Source: Octopus sinensis
Taxonomy: Eukaryota
NCBI RefSeq assembly: GCF_006345805.1
Contig: NC_043012.1
Coordinates: forward strand, 23,622,001-23,686,000
Reading direction: 5' to 3'
DNA length: 64,000 nucleotides
Positions 13,181 to 26,330 of the stretch are shown piece by piece (within the stretch, counting starts at the first letter, position 1; the number at the start of each line of letters is the position of its first letter). Below the pieces are notes generated by a model. That model saw nothing but the letters and a program-made list of their open reading frames with translations. It had not been told where the DNA came from and did not search any database. The position numbers and the translations under genes were made by a program.

Positions 13181-13186
13181 TGTATA

Positions 13187-13560
13187 CAGTGCCAGATTAA
13201 GACCTATAGAAGTCCTAACACTTAAAAGATTTTGGTCGCCCACCCCTTATGTACATAATTTTAAAAATAGACAATGATAAACCATAAAATAAATTTTTAT
13301 TTTTGAAATTGAAAGGAAACTAACAGTAAGATGGAAAATGTTTATTCTTGTTTCTTTCCACTTTCGACTTTACTTTAATTGCAAAGTCTTTGATTAGATC
13401 CTCACTGTGACACTATGACCAGAAACCACTTCAAATATTATCAAAGCAAGTTTAAAGTGATTTCCTTTGTATCATAGACTATTGACCATTTTTGTGGTGC
13501 CCTGCTTCCCTTGATGCTCTGAGCACATGCTTATTTTGCTTGATGGGTAATCCAGCATTG
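13187..13560. mobile_element. MITE (~374 bp) with short imperfect TIRs
   Basis: Left CAGTGCCAGATTA; the right end reverse-complements to CAATGCTGGATTA; superfamily uncertain. Confidence 0.55.
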
Positions 13561-14289
13561 TATATATGCATGCCAGGATTCATTCAGTTTCTGTCTAAAA
13601 AAATCAATTCATAAAGCATCAGTCAGGCCAGAGCTATAGTAGAAGACACGTTTTCCAAGATGCCACCATGCAGTGGGACTGAACCTGAAACCAATATGGT
13701 TGGACTGCCAGCTCACATTTGAGCCAACCAAATAAGTAACCATATTTATAAAGTATTGCAACAACTGAAGGAATTCAATAGCCATGATAGATTATGCAAG
13801 AAGACACAGTGTCATGTAATAAGATTACTGTCACAGAACATAATTCCTCTGTGTCAATTGTTAAATCAGAGGCAGGAAAATAATGGTAGCAGAGAGCAAG
13901 CAGTATTAATCCTTTGAATTCATCTACTGGAACCTTAGAATTTGGAACAATTTCATTTTTGACTTCGTCACACTGTCTCAGACAACTGTATCAGTTTTCT
14001 GACAAACTTTATATGTATATATATATATATATATATAATATATATATATTATATATATATGTGCATATTTATATACATTATATACATACACACACACATA
14101 TATATACACACACACAAACATATATATGTACATACATATCCACACACATGTATATGACATAGATGAACTGGAATCAATATGTTGGTAAATCAATTACATT
14201 TCTGCTAAGTTGTAAGAACTATTCAAATTCATTCTTTTTCTTTCTTTTTTTTTTTTTTCACAGTAGAACAATGGATTTCTGAATCTTAC

Positions 14290-14351
14290 ATATCCTTTTG
14301 TTAATCCTTTGAAAATAAATCCATCATATCTTTCAGGTTCAGAGGGAATTC
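14290..14351 (-). CDS. Putative internal exon (62 nt, phase 1-0): GIPSEPERYDGFIFKGLTKGY
   Basis: gattcttgttatag|GAATTCCC...GGATAT|gtaaga; only one frame is open end to end. Confidence 0.45.
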
Positions 14352-14554
14352 CTATAACAAGAATCATGATGTAGAATCAGAACAGTTAATAATAAAAAAA
14401 AAAAGGGAAGAATTAAGTGATATGGCACAAACAATGCCATTAGAATTTTTGTTGTTCCTCATTTAATCCCTAAAAGAGGATAAGGATTATCTAATCTTTG
14501 TTTTATGAAGTGGACATGGTCAATCTCTTCAGGAATATTTATAAATATCTATAC

Positions 14555-14934
14555 TTTTACTTATTTCAGTCACTGGACTGTGGCCATGCTACAGCATTGC
14601 CTGGAAGGGTTTTACTCAACAAATCAGCCCCAGTAGTTGTTGTTAAGTTACAGTAACATAAACAAACCAACAATGTTTGTCAAACAGTAGTGGAGGACAA
14701 ACACAATGACAAAGACATTCACACACGTTTGTATGTATGCTTATACATATATGTACACACACACACACACATATATATGATGGGCTTCTTTCAGTTTCCA
14801 TTTACCATATCTACTCATTACAAGGCTTTGATAGCCTGGGGCTATAGTAAAACACATTTTCCCAAGGTGCCATGCAGTGGGACTGAACCTGGAAACAAGT
14901 GGTTGGGAAACAAATTCTTACTACACAGCCACAC

Positions 14935-14945
<11 letters not shown>
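14555..14945 (-). mobile_element. CORE-type SINE family B, diverged full copy
   Basis: Both halves and the internal microsatellite are recognisable. Confidence 0.75.
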
Positions 14946-14974
<29 letters not shown>

Positions 14975-15119
14975 GCACATGTATTGTAATTGTGCTGAAA
15001 TTCATTAATGCTCGCAGGAAAGGCACAAGGATTGCAGTTCCCATTTCCTACTTTTTAAACGAAGTTAACAAGTCATCTAATTGATATTTCTAATTAAAAA
15101 AAAAAAGAAACTGAAAACC

Positions 15120-15292
15120 AAAACGGATTAAGTCGATTACATCGACCCCAGTGCATAACTGGTACTTATTTAATCAACCCCGAAAGGATGAAAGTCGACC
15201 TCAGCGGAATTTGAACTCAGAACGTAACGACAGACAAAATACCGCTAAACATTTCGCCCGGTGCGCTGATGGTTCTGCCATCTCGCCGCCTT
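15120..15292 (-). mobile_element. SINE family A (3'-truncated)
   Basis: Matches the family A head and body. Confidence 0.88.
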
Positions 15293-15938
15293 GTCAAATA
15301 CCCTGATTTACATTCAACCAACAGAACCCAAAGTTTAGTGATGCCACAATTTCGAGAGTTTGAGAAAGACAATCCTGCAATTTCTTGCTGAAGAATCTGT
15401 ATGGATGATTTGGTTCTGGTGGTCATCTGTTTGTGTTGTGCATTAGCTCACTCTGTGCATCAAATGAACATTGTCTGCAGAGCTGCACAGAGTGCCACAT
15501 GTCAGTTGGTGAAGTGATTGCAAGAACACAATACACTTCCCAGTCAGTGAATTGAAACCACAATTTCATGACCGTGAATGCAACGCCTTAACAACCAGGC
15601 CACACATCTTCATAGTAATGCCACAGTTGCACAACAAGCACACAAACCTCCCTCTCTCCATCTTTCCCAGTCATTAACAAATCTCAGGTTTCCACCATCT
15701 TTCCTCTTCTTTGTCTCTCTCTTTCACTTTTTTACTTGTTTCAGTCATTTGACTATGGCCATGCTGGAGCACCGCATTTATTCGAGCAAATCGATCCTGG
15801 GACTTATTCTTTCTAAGCCCAGTACTTATTCTATCGGTCTCTTTTTGCCGAACCGCTAAGTAACGGGGACATAAACACACCAGCATCGGTTGGTCAAGCA
15901 ATGCTAGGGGGATAACATACACACACACACACACACAT

Positions 15939-15975
<37 letters not shown>

Positions 15976-15980
15976 TTAGT

Positions 15981-17319
15981 TTAGATGAGATGCAGTTTGG
16001 GTTCGTGCCAGGAAAAAGTACCACTGATGCTATATTCCTGGTAAGGCAGCTGCAGGAGAAATACCTAGCCAAAGATAACCCCTGTACCTAGCTTTCGTTG
16101 ACATGGAGAAAGCTTTTGATAGGTCACCCGATCCCTTATCTGGTGGTCAATGAGGAAACTAGGGATATGAATGGCTGGTGAGGACTGTGCAAGCCATGTA
16201 CAGAGATGCCGTAAGTAAGGTTAGGGTTGGCAACATGTACACAGAAGAATTCAAAGTAGAGGTTGGGGTCCACCAGGGTTCAGTACTCAGCCCCCTCCTA
16301 TTTATCATAGTACTCCAGGCAATTACGGAGGAATTCAAGACAGGCTGTCCCTGGGAGCTCCTCTACGCTGACGACCTTGCTCTTATTGCTGAGTCACTAT
16401 CAGAACTGGAGGAGAAGTTCCAGGTGTGGAAGGAGGGTTTAGAATCAAGGGGCCTTAGAGTCAACCTAGCTAAAACCAAAGTACTAATAAGTAGAAAGGT
16501 AGACAATCCACAAATATCTTCAGGAAGATGGCCCTGCTCGATCTGTAGAAAAAGTGTAGTAGAAACTCTATAAGATGTACCCAGTGTAAGCTATGGACAC
16601 ATAAGAGGTGCAGCAATGTCAAAGGTAGGCTAACTGGGAAGATAGTTTTTGTATGTGGCAGATGCTCGGGAGCATTAACCTCCGAAAATCTGCAGAAAAC
16701 AACTTCCGTCACTTTCCAGGGGGAAAAACTAGAAGTAGTTGATAGCTTCCTTATCTAGGTGACCAAGTCAGTAGTGGGGGTGGGTGCGCTGAAAGTGTAA
16801 CTGCTAGAATAAGAATAGCCTGGGCAAAGTTTAGGGAGCTCTTACCTCTGCTGGTGACTAAAGGCCTCTCGCTCAGAGTAAAAGGCAGACTGTATGATGC
16901 GTGTGTACGAACAGCCATGCTACACATGGCAGCGAAACATGGGCTGTGACTGCTGAGGACATGCGTAAGCTCGTGAGGAATGAAGCCAGTATGCTCCGAT
17001 GGATGTGTAATGTCAGTGTACATACTCGACAGAGCGTTAGCACCTTGAGAGAAATGTTGTACCTAAGAAGCATCAGTTGTGGTGTGCAAGAGAGACGATT
17101 GCGCTGGTATGGTCATGTGGCGAGAAGGGTGAAGATAGGTGTGTGAGAAAGTGCCAATCCCTAGCAGTTGAGGGAACCCGTGGAAGAGGTAGACCCAGGA
17201 AAACCTGGGACGAGGTGGTGAAGCACGACCTTCGAACTTTAGGCCTCACTGAGGAAATGACCAGAGACCGAGACCTTTGGAAATATTCTGTACGTGAGAA
17301 GACCAGGCAGGACAAGTGA
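15981..17319 (+). pseudogene. RTE reverse transcriptase ORF2 remnant (frameshifted)
   Basis: QFGFVPGKSTTDAIF, GVHQGSVLSPLLF, LLYADDL, LRVNLAKTK, YLGD, RLRWYGHV, GRGRPRKTW motifs across several frameshifts. Confidence 0.95.
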
Positions 17320-17402
17320 GCCCAGCCCACTTATGAATGCCTTTCCTCCCTTGGACACAAAGACCGTTTGAGGCAAGCGAGTCGATATAGAACCTCATCC
17401 GA

Positions 17403-18022
17403 CGACAGACACCCATCCACAACCCCCATGCTTGCGAAGACATGTTGGGGCAAGCGAAATCGAAATCGAAATCGAAACCGAATTGAACCAGCCAGGATCC
17501 CTGGCCTGGTGGTACGTAAAAAGCACTATCCGACTCGGGGCCGTGGCACGTAAAATACTCCAATGCGACCGTACGACAGGCACCCATGCCAACCCCCTTT
17601 ACTTGTGAAGACATGTTGGGGCAAGCGAAATCGAAATCGAATTGAACCAGCCAGGATCCCTGGTCTGGTGGTACGTAAAGCACTATCCGACTCGTGGCCG
17701 TGGCACGTAAAATACTCCAATGCGACCGTACGACAGGCACCCTTGCCAACCCCCTTTGCTTGTGAAGACATGTTGGGGCAAGCGAAATCGAAATCGAAAT
17801 CGAATTGAACCAGCCAGCATCCCTGGTCTGGTGGTACGTAAAGCACTATCCGACTCGTGGCCGTGGCACGTAAAATACTCCAATGCGAACGTACGACAGG
17901 CACCCTTGCCAACCCCCTTTGCTTGTGAAGACATGTTGGGGCAAGCGAAATCGAAATCAAATTGAACCAGCCAGGATCCCTGGTCTGGTGGTACGTAAAA
18001 AGCACTATCCGACTCGTGGCCG
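17403..18022 (+). repeat. ~157-171 bp tandem repeat (about 3.8 copies) in the LINE 3'UTR
   Basis: Unit starts at 17403, 17574, 17731, 17894; length varies partly with the number of CGAAAT hexamers. Confidence 0.95.
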
Positions 18023-20212
18023 ATGCCAGCACCGCCTCGACTGGCTTCCGTGCCGGTGGCACATAAAATACACCAATCTGACCGTGGCCGTTGCCAGCCC
18101 CGCCTGGCACCTGTGCAGGTGGCACGTAAAAGCACCCACTACACTCACGGAGTGGTTGGCGTTAGGAGGGCATCCAGCTGTAGAAACATTGCCAATTAGA
18201 CTGGAGCCTGGTGCAGCCTTCTGGCTTCCCAGAACCCGGTCGAACCGTCCAACCCATGCTAGCATGGAGAACGGACGTTAACGACGATGATGATGATGAT
18301 GATACGACAGGCTTCTTTCAGTTTCCGTCTACCAAATCCACTCACAAGGCATTGGTCGGCCTGGGACTATAGCAGAAGACACTTGTTCAAGATGCCACGC
18401 AGAGGGACTGAACCCGGAACCATGTGGTTGGTTAGCAAGCTACTTACCACACAGTCACTCCTGCGCCTATATATTTATGGTGCTCAACCCTCCTTATTTA
18501 CTCACTCTATACCCTATTTTACTGTATAGGGACTGTCCATGTATAAAACTAGTACAACTAGTGTGTCATGAAACTGTGTTACATGACCAAACCACTTAAT
18601 TTTCCACTGCACCTCCAGTAAAACGGTAAAGAAATTGAATATTCCTCCAATAATCACATGCAGCATGATTTGTCCAGAAACATTACTAATATATCACCAC
18701 CATTAAAAAAAAAACAACAAAACATTGCTCTCTAATCATTCTGCTTATTAATTTTTTTTTTCTATGCAAACAAGATCAGGAGTTTACTTACGGGGGTGAA
18801 AATGTGTATTATTAAAGCCCATGAGTCAAGTAGATTATCAACATAAATGAATTGAAAATGGAATCAAAATTAGGTTATGGAATTGGTTTGCGAGAGGTTA
18901 CCTTTACTCTATGGTGCCATGCTGCCATTACGTATTGATTTTATTATCAAGTGCTTAATATTTGATTAGTACATACCTATATAATGTTTTGTTTGTAATG
19001 TCAGATATTTAGTTTCCAGCCAATAGTCTTCTGGTCTTCATTAGATTACTGACAGACTAAACAGAACCTCTATGTATATATAATCTCAGTGATTTAATAA
19101 CTATTAAACACTTAACATTTATATGGCTGAGATCATACATAAAAGTGCTGACAATGCCTTAGATCAATGGTTTGTAGCCCTTCACACTTGCAAACCTATT
19201 GGCAGTTGCTGAGTATTTATTTTAGAAGGGTCATAAGGGGTCAGGGTACAATTATGTTTTATTAATGGAAACAAAATACCCTTCATCTGAAAAGTCAGAT
19301 GTTGTTTATACAAAATATTCCAATTAATATTTGTTACAATTTAATTTTTTAAAACTCTTAAGGGTTTTCTCTGTGTGTTCCTATTATTGACAGCATCTTT
19401 ATTTACTTACTAAAGGATTAGCATATAATTAAACTCAAGAGAGGAGTGGAATGGGTAGTTGGTGGATTCTTGGAATAGCTTTCACTATCTCATGGAAGAA
19501 TAAGGAGATTACTTCTTTCTGTGAATGAAGTTTCTAGTCCACATTTTCTTACCCTTAATTCCATGCCAATCTCTGGTAAATTTTTACTGGTATTCCAATA
19601 TTTTGTTATGATTTAATTAAAAAAAAAAAACTTCATGAAAATCTTATTTTGGTACTTTTCTATTATTGATAACCAATCATTTTATTTACAAAATAAATTT
19701 GATTGACAGACCTTCAGAATAGCTATCACTACCTTATGGAGAAAAGCAAGCTAGAAATAGGGTGACTGTTTCATTCAGTGAAAGTTTTGCCCTCCTTTCC
19801 ATTCCCTTTTCTGGTAAATTTCTCCATGATGTAGTGACAGCTATTCCAGAAAGTCAGCTGATCAGCAATCACATATCTTATGACTGTAATAGCTTATTTA
19901 CTAATCCTTTAGTAAATGGAAAAATTAGGAGAGTATCCCTCCCTCTCTCTTTTAAAATATCAGGTAAAAACAATCATTTTTTTACAATTTCAGAAGAAAA
20001 GTTAGAAATCATCAAGTTCCTATTTGTAAAGTTTGAATTTGGAAGAAAAGTTCTACTCATTTAGCAGAACTTGTGGGTAAGGGTTGTTCTATATTCAAAG
20101 TAGGATATATGAACTTTAAATGTTGGATTATACAGTAAGTTGTTAGTATGGGTGATGGTTGATACTTGGCCACCCTTGTCTTGCCTTAATGCCTGCAAGT
20201 ATGTCTTAGACC

Positions 20213-20430
20213 AAGGTGGCGAGCTGGCGGAAGCATTAGCAGGCTGGGTGAAACACTTAGTGGTATTTTGTCTGCCATTATGTTCTGAGTTCAAATCCCA
20301 CTGAGATTGACTTTACCTTTCATCCTTTTGGGGTCGATTATGCACCGGGGTCGATGTAATCGACTTAATCCCTTTTGTCTGTCCTTGCTTGTCCCTTTAT
20401 ATTTAGGCCCCTGTGGGCTATAAAGAAATA
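20213..20430 (+). mobile_element. SINE family A
   Basis: AAGGTGGCGAGCTGGC head, TTCTGAGTTCAAATCC B-box, TAAAGAAATA tail; small internal deletion. Confidence 0.85.
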
Positions 20431-21009
20431 AAAAATATGTCTTAAACCAGTCATGGGTAAACAGCAGGACTTCCTAAATGGTGCCCCTAATGAAGGATTA
20501 CCTCGGATCTTTTTAGTAGTCCATCTAATAATGAGACATGTCACATATGGCTCACTTCTCAATAACGGATATAAAAGCATATCCTAAGCACCCAGTCATT
20601 TAAACATTATCATCATTTAACATCCATTTTCCATGCTGGCATGGGTTGGACAGTTTGACCAGAACTGGCAAGCTGCAAAGTTGCACCAGGCTCCAGTCTG
20701 ATTTGGCATGGTTTCTAATATGCCATCACATATGGTATTTCTACCAGGGTGGTGATAAGACAGATATACAAGTCCCTTTTAAACGATATATAAAAAAAAA
20801 ATATTTTTGTACATTTATAATATTGTCTTTGCTATTTTGTCATGAATATCTTTCAACACACACACACACACAGAGTCAAGACTATTGAAAAGGTTGCAAG
20901 ATGCAACGTAAATTTTAGGAAAAAAAAAAATGAAATAAGTGGAAACTTTACCAGTAAGTGTGTTAAATTATAAGGCACAAAAAGAAAATGACTCTCCCCA
21001 GACAGAACA

Positions 21010-21041
<32 letters not shown>

Positions 21042-21137
21042 CGGGAAGGTTTACGAAAATAAACAAAAGACGAAGGCAGGTGGAGAACAAACAAACAAAT
21101 GTATTAGTATGGCACTCAGGAATAGAAATAAAACAAG

Positions 21138-21175
21138 TCTTTTACATTTCGAGCCTACGCTCTTCGACAGAAAGA
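21138..21175 (-). ncRNA. Minimal type I hammerhead ribozyme motif (A6U core variant)
   Basis: TCTTT-CTGTCGA-A-GAGC(GTAG)GCTC-GAAA-T-GTA-AAAGA: 5-bp stem I, 4-bp stem II, loopless stem III. Confidence 0.65.
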
Positions 21176-21381
21176 TACACAGAAAAGAAACAAGGAGAGA
21201 AAAAAATGCGTGTAGGAGCTAACGGTCCATTATGGCGTTCTGACTTCAGGCAGAAGTCAGAGGTCAGACGTTAGAAGCTAGAGGGATAGTAGGGGAGATA
21301 ATATATATAATATATATATATATATATATACATGATTTTTTTTCCTCTGTCTTCCCTTCTCGGGATCTGTCCTTCTCCTAT

Positions 21382-21416
21382 GTTTCCGACGAAGATCTCC
21401 GCTCGAAACGTTAAAC
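21382..21416 (+). ncRNA. Minimal type I hammerhead ribozyme motif (U4C core variant)
   Basis: GTTT-CCGACGA-A-GATC(TCC)GCTC-GAAA-C-GTT-AAAC; palindromic AACGTT stem III; one mismatch in stem II. Confidence 0.6.
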
Positions 21417-21525
21417 CCTCCTTCTTCCCTTCTTTCCTGAGCGTCCAAGAATACTTTATTTGTTCCACATCCTTGTGTTTTTTTGTTTTTTTGTGTTTTC
21501 TTGTTTGGATTAACTATATATATAT

Positions 21526-21840
21526 ATGACAGGCTTCTTTTAGTTTTCATCTACCAAATCCACTCACAAGGCTTTGGTAGGCCCGGGGCTATAGTAGAAG
21601 ACACTTGCCCAAAGTGCCACGCAGTGGAATTGAAATCAGAACCATGTGGCTGGGAAGCAAACTTTTTACCACACAGTCATGCATACATTCACTCTCGGAG
21701 TGATTGGCATTAGGAAGGGCATCCAGCCATAGAAAACCATGCCAAAGCAGACTGGAGTCTGATGCAACCTACCAGCATACCTGGTCAAACCGTCCAACCT
21801 ATGCCAGCGTGGAAAACAGATATTAAATGATGATGATGAT
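21526..21840. mobile_element. Family B SINE head (minus) adjoining an RTE-tail element (plus)
   Basis: Same motifs as 18304-18467 and 18150-18303. Confidence 0.75.
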
Positions 21841-21857
21841 AATGACTTATATATTTT

Positions 21858-22033
21858 AGGCGCAGGAGTGGCTGTGTGGTTAGTAGCTTGCTAACCAACC
21901 ACATGGTTCCGGGTTCATTCCCACTGCATGGCACCTTGGGCAAGTTTCTTCTACTACAGCCTCGGGCCGACCGAAGCCTTGTGAGTGGATTTGGTAGACA
22001 GAAACTGAAAGAAGCCCGTCATATATATGTATG

Positions 22034-22076
<43 letters not shown>

Positions 22077-22275
22077 TTACGTGTCTGTGTTTGTCCTCCA
22101 AACATCGCTTGACAACCGATGGTGGTGTGTTTACGTCCCTGTAACTTAGCGGTTTGGCAAAAGCAACCGATAGAATAAGTACTAGGCTTACAAAGAATAA
22201 GTCCTGGGGTCGATTTGCTCGACTAAAGGCGGTGCTCCAGCATGGCCACAGTCAAATGACTGAAACAAGTAAAAC
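21858..22275 (+). mobile_element. Full-length CORE-type tRNA SINE family B (~420 bp, internal microsatellite)
   Basis: AGGCGCAGGAGTGGCTGTGTGG..CCGGGTTCATTCCC head, ACCTTGGGCAAGT CORE-like motif, (AT)(GT)n linker, 3' half ending GACTGAAACAAGTAAAA. Octopus CORE-SINEs (OR1/OR2) are established; exact family not assigned. Confidence 0.9.
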
Positions 22276-22284
22276 AGTAAAAGA

Positions 22285-22319
<35 letters not shown>

Positions 22320-22939
22320 AGGAAACAAAGACACAGTGCTTAGCAGTTAGTTAAAATTCATGCCTGCTCATACTCTATGAAATAACAATAAACCACAACA
22401 TGCCTCTATCACTGTAATAAATATATTAATGAAAACTTCCCTCACCCCACCTCTAACTCTATTCTTTTCCTTATTAAGAAAAGAAGTTGATTAAAACTTC
22501 TTCAAAGAAAATTTAAACTCAAAAAAATTTCCCCTTATTTACCACAGCTTCTTTATTAGAATGAGTAAATTTTTCTTCTTCTACTTTTTCTTATTATTAT
22601 TATTACTATCATTGTTATTATTATTATCCTTATCATCATCATCATCATTATTATTATTATTATTATAGATTGTGATTTGGAAAGAAACTGTGTTTCGCTG
22701 TGAAACTTCTTTTTTTCTTCATAATTTTGTTTTGTTTTTTCTTTTGTTTACGTTTACTTTTTCAATTTTTATTTTTTGTTATTGTTTTTTTTTTTATTCT
22801 TATTGTTCTTGTCTTTTGGTAATTATCACCAATCTTGAACTTATTATACATATATTGAACATGTCACTAAGCCAGAATTAATTACGTACGTCTTTATCTA
22901 TATTCAAACATTGTACAATCAAAGCAAAAGGATAAAGTC

Positions 22940-22973
22940 TTGTCTCAAACAATAGCAAAAAGAAATAATAATA

Positions 22974-23014
<41 letters not shown>

Positions 23015-23512
23015 GATGATAATAATAATAATAATGATGATAATAATAATGATAATAATAATAATAACAACAATAATAATAATAATCAGAAGAAGAAGAA
23101 GAACAACAATAATAATAATAGTAATAAAAAAGATAAATAAATGCTGATGCATGTGAATGGGTGATAGGACGGATGATGATGCAGCTGTGGGAGACATCGA
23201 TATGAAGGAGATGGAATTAAAAGGAGGAGAAGGAGGAGATGGAGAAGAAGTAGAAAAGGAGGGAGAGAAGAAGAAAAAAAACAGGGAAAAAGAGGGGGTA
23301 AAAGATGAAAAAAAAAGAAGAAAAAAAGGAGGTAGTGGTGGAAGAGGAGGAGGAGGCGGAAGAGGAGGTGGAAGTGGAGGAGAAGAAGAAGAAATAGAAG
23401 ACGAAGAAGAAGAAATAGGAGAAAGAGAAGAAGGAGAAGAAGAAGAAAGAGAAGACGAAGAAGAAGAAGAAGAGAAGAAGAAGAAGAAGAAGAAGAAGAA
23501 AGAGAAGAAGAA

Positions 23513-23549
<37 letters not shown>

Positions 23550-23590
23550 AATATGGTATAATAGAGGGAGAGAGAGAATACAAGACAACA
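22940..23590. repeat. (AAT)n followed by purine-rich (GAA/GGA/GAAA)n low-complexity tract
   Basis: Direct reading. Confidence 0.95.
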
Positions 23591-24069
23591 TTGTACTGAA
23601 AATTTTAGAGAAATAAAGAGAGAAAGAAAGAAAGAGGGAACATTAGAAACAGGCTAAAGTGACAAATAAAGAGAGGGATTGATTAAGGGAGAGAGAGAGA
23701 GAGATTCATGTACACACACACGTATATAAGAGGAGAGTTACTGTAAACTGTAATCTACAAGAAGAGTGAGTTAGATTCATAGAAGATCAAAGCATCAGGA
23801 ATTTTTCAGCATCTATTTGAAGCCAAAAAACTGGTTTAATTTAATTCAATACCTGAGCTGAAGAAATGAAGCTGACGCAGATTCTAACCCCCTCATACAC
23901 ACCCACATAACACCCCTCTCCCTGGCCGTATTATTTTTACCTTTTTCTCCCTTTTTTGCCTACTTTTTACTTCTTTTATTATACATATGCACACACATCT
24001 ATATGCGTGTGTATGTATATACACATGCATATGTATACATATATGCACATATATATATGTATCTGTGTC

Positions 24070-25241
<1,172 letters not shown>

Positions 25242-25346
25242 TATATACACACACACATACAACACACAAGTGCATGTAACATACTTATAAAACACACACA
25301 TAAATATATACATATATATACATATACAATATATATGTGCACACAA

Positions 25347-25397
<51 letters not shown>

Positions 25398-25759
25398 CAC
25401 ATATATACATACCTGCATAATTTGCTTCTCTCTCTCTCTCTCACTATATATTTATATATCTATATATATGTACATACACACACACATACATACACACATA
25501 TGCTTAGAACATACATATAAACATGTGTGTGTGTGTGTGTGTGCATGCATGCCCGCAAGAGAGAGAGAGTGAGAGAGAGAAAGATAAGTAAAAGTGTTTG
25601 AGAGAGAAGTAGAAATGAAGGGAGGAATGAATAAGCAGCCAAATGAAGCATGCACCCACCCACGCCCGCCAGACCACCCCTTTCTCTGCCTCCTGCAGGT
25701 GCCCCCCCCGCCCTTCCACCATCACTAATACAACTTAACCATTACCCTCAAAAACAACT

Positions 25760-26330
25760 ACTATCATGACCATCCCATCTGCTACCACATTATAGTACCA
25801 CTACAACTATAGTCACCTAAACTGTCTCCATGACCACCACCACCACCTACTATCACCTACACTGCTACCACTACGCAATTACAACTGCCACCACCACCAC
25901 CACCACCACCATATTAATGCTACAAGATATTGTCATTACTATCGCCAGTACTGCAATGGTAATCACCAATTCAACGAGCACCAGAATCATAAGTACCACT
26001 ACATCATAAGTACCACTGGTACTACCACCTCAACTCTGCAATTATCAGCATTACTGTCACTGCCATCTACCACTGAATCTACCATCACCAATACTATTTG
26101 TACCATTAACACACAATTACTATAATAATTATCGTCAGGGTTATTACCGCTGGTGCAATAACCATTATCAACATCATCATCATCATCACCATCACTGCCA
26201 TCGTAATCATCATTCACACCGCCATCACCAATACCAACACTATCTTCACTACCACCATCACCATCTTCACCACAATCATCATCACCACTAACCACCACCT
26301 GTGTAATCATCACCTGTTTTTACCAAAGAC
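25760..26330. repeat. Degenerate (ACC/ATC/ACT)n low-complexity tract; similar (GGT)n tract at 62930-63110
   Basis: Direct reading. Confidence 0.85.

Larger units (their letters stand above)
15975..18303 (+). mobile_element. Young 5'-truncated RTE-clade LINE
   Basis: RT motifs, CpG-rich 3'UTR, (GAT)n tail. Confidence 0.95.
15728..18467 (-). mobile_element. CORE-type SINE family B split by the RTE LINE (3' half ~15728-15950, 5' half 18304-18467)
   Basis: The two halves flank the LINE exactly at the SINE's internal microsatellite. Confidence 0.8.
21036..21500. mobile_element. Penelope-like element terminal-repeat remnants in inverted arrangement
   Basis: CpG-rich island carrying two oppositely oriented minimal hammerhead motifs; PLE assignment inferred from the hammerhead type. 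Confidence 0.6.

Noticed and set aside
17403-18022. CRISPR-like or ribozyme interpretation of the tandem repeats (also 30533-31974 and 58242-58641)
   Set aside because: No unique spacers, eukaryotic context, and no ribozyme core consensus.
18780-18950. Strong minus-strand donor CCC|GTAAGT
   Set aside because: All frames are closed between it and any acceptor.
23086-23591. E/K/G-rich and L/F/S-rich ORFs
   Set aside because: Purine-rich simple repeats.
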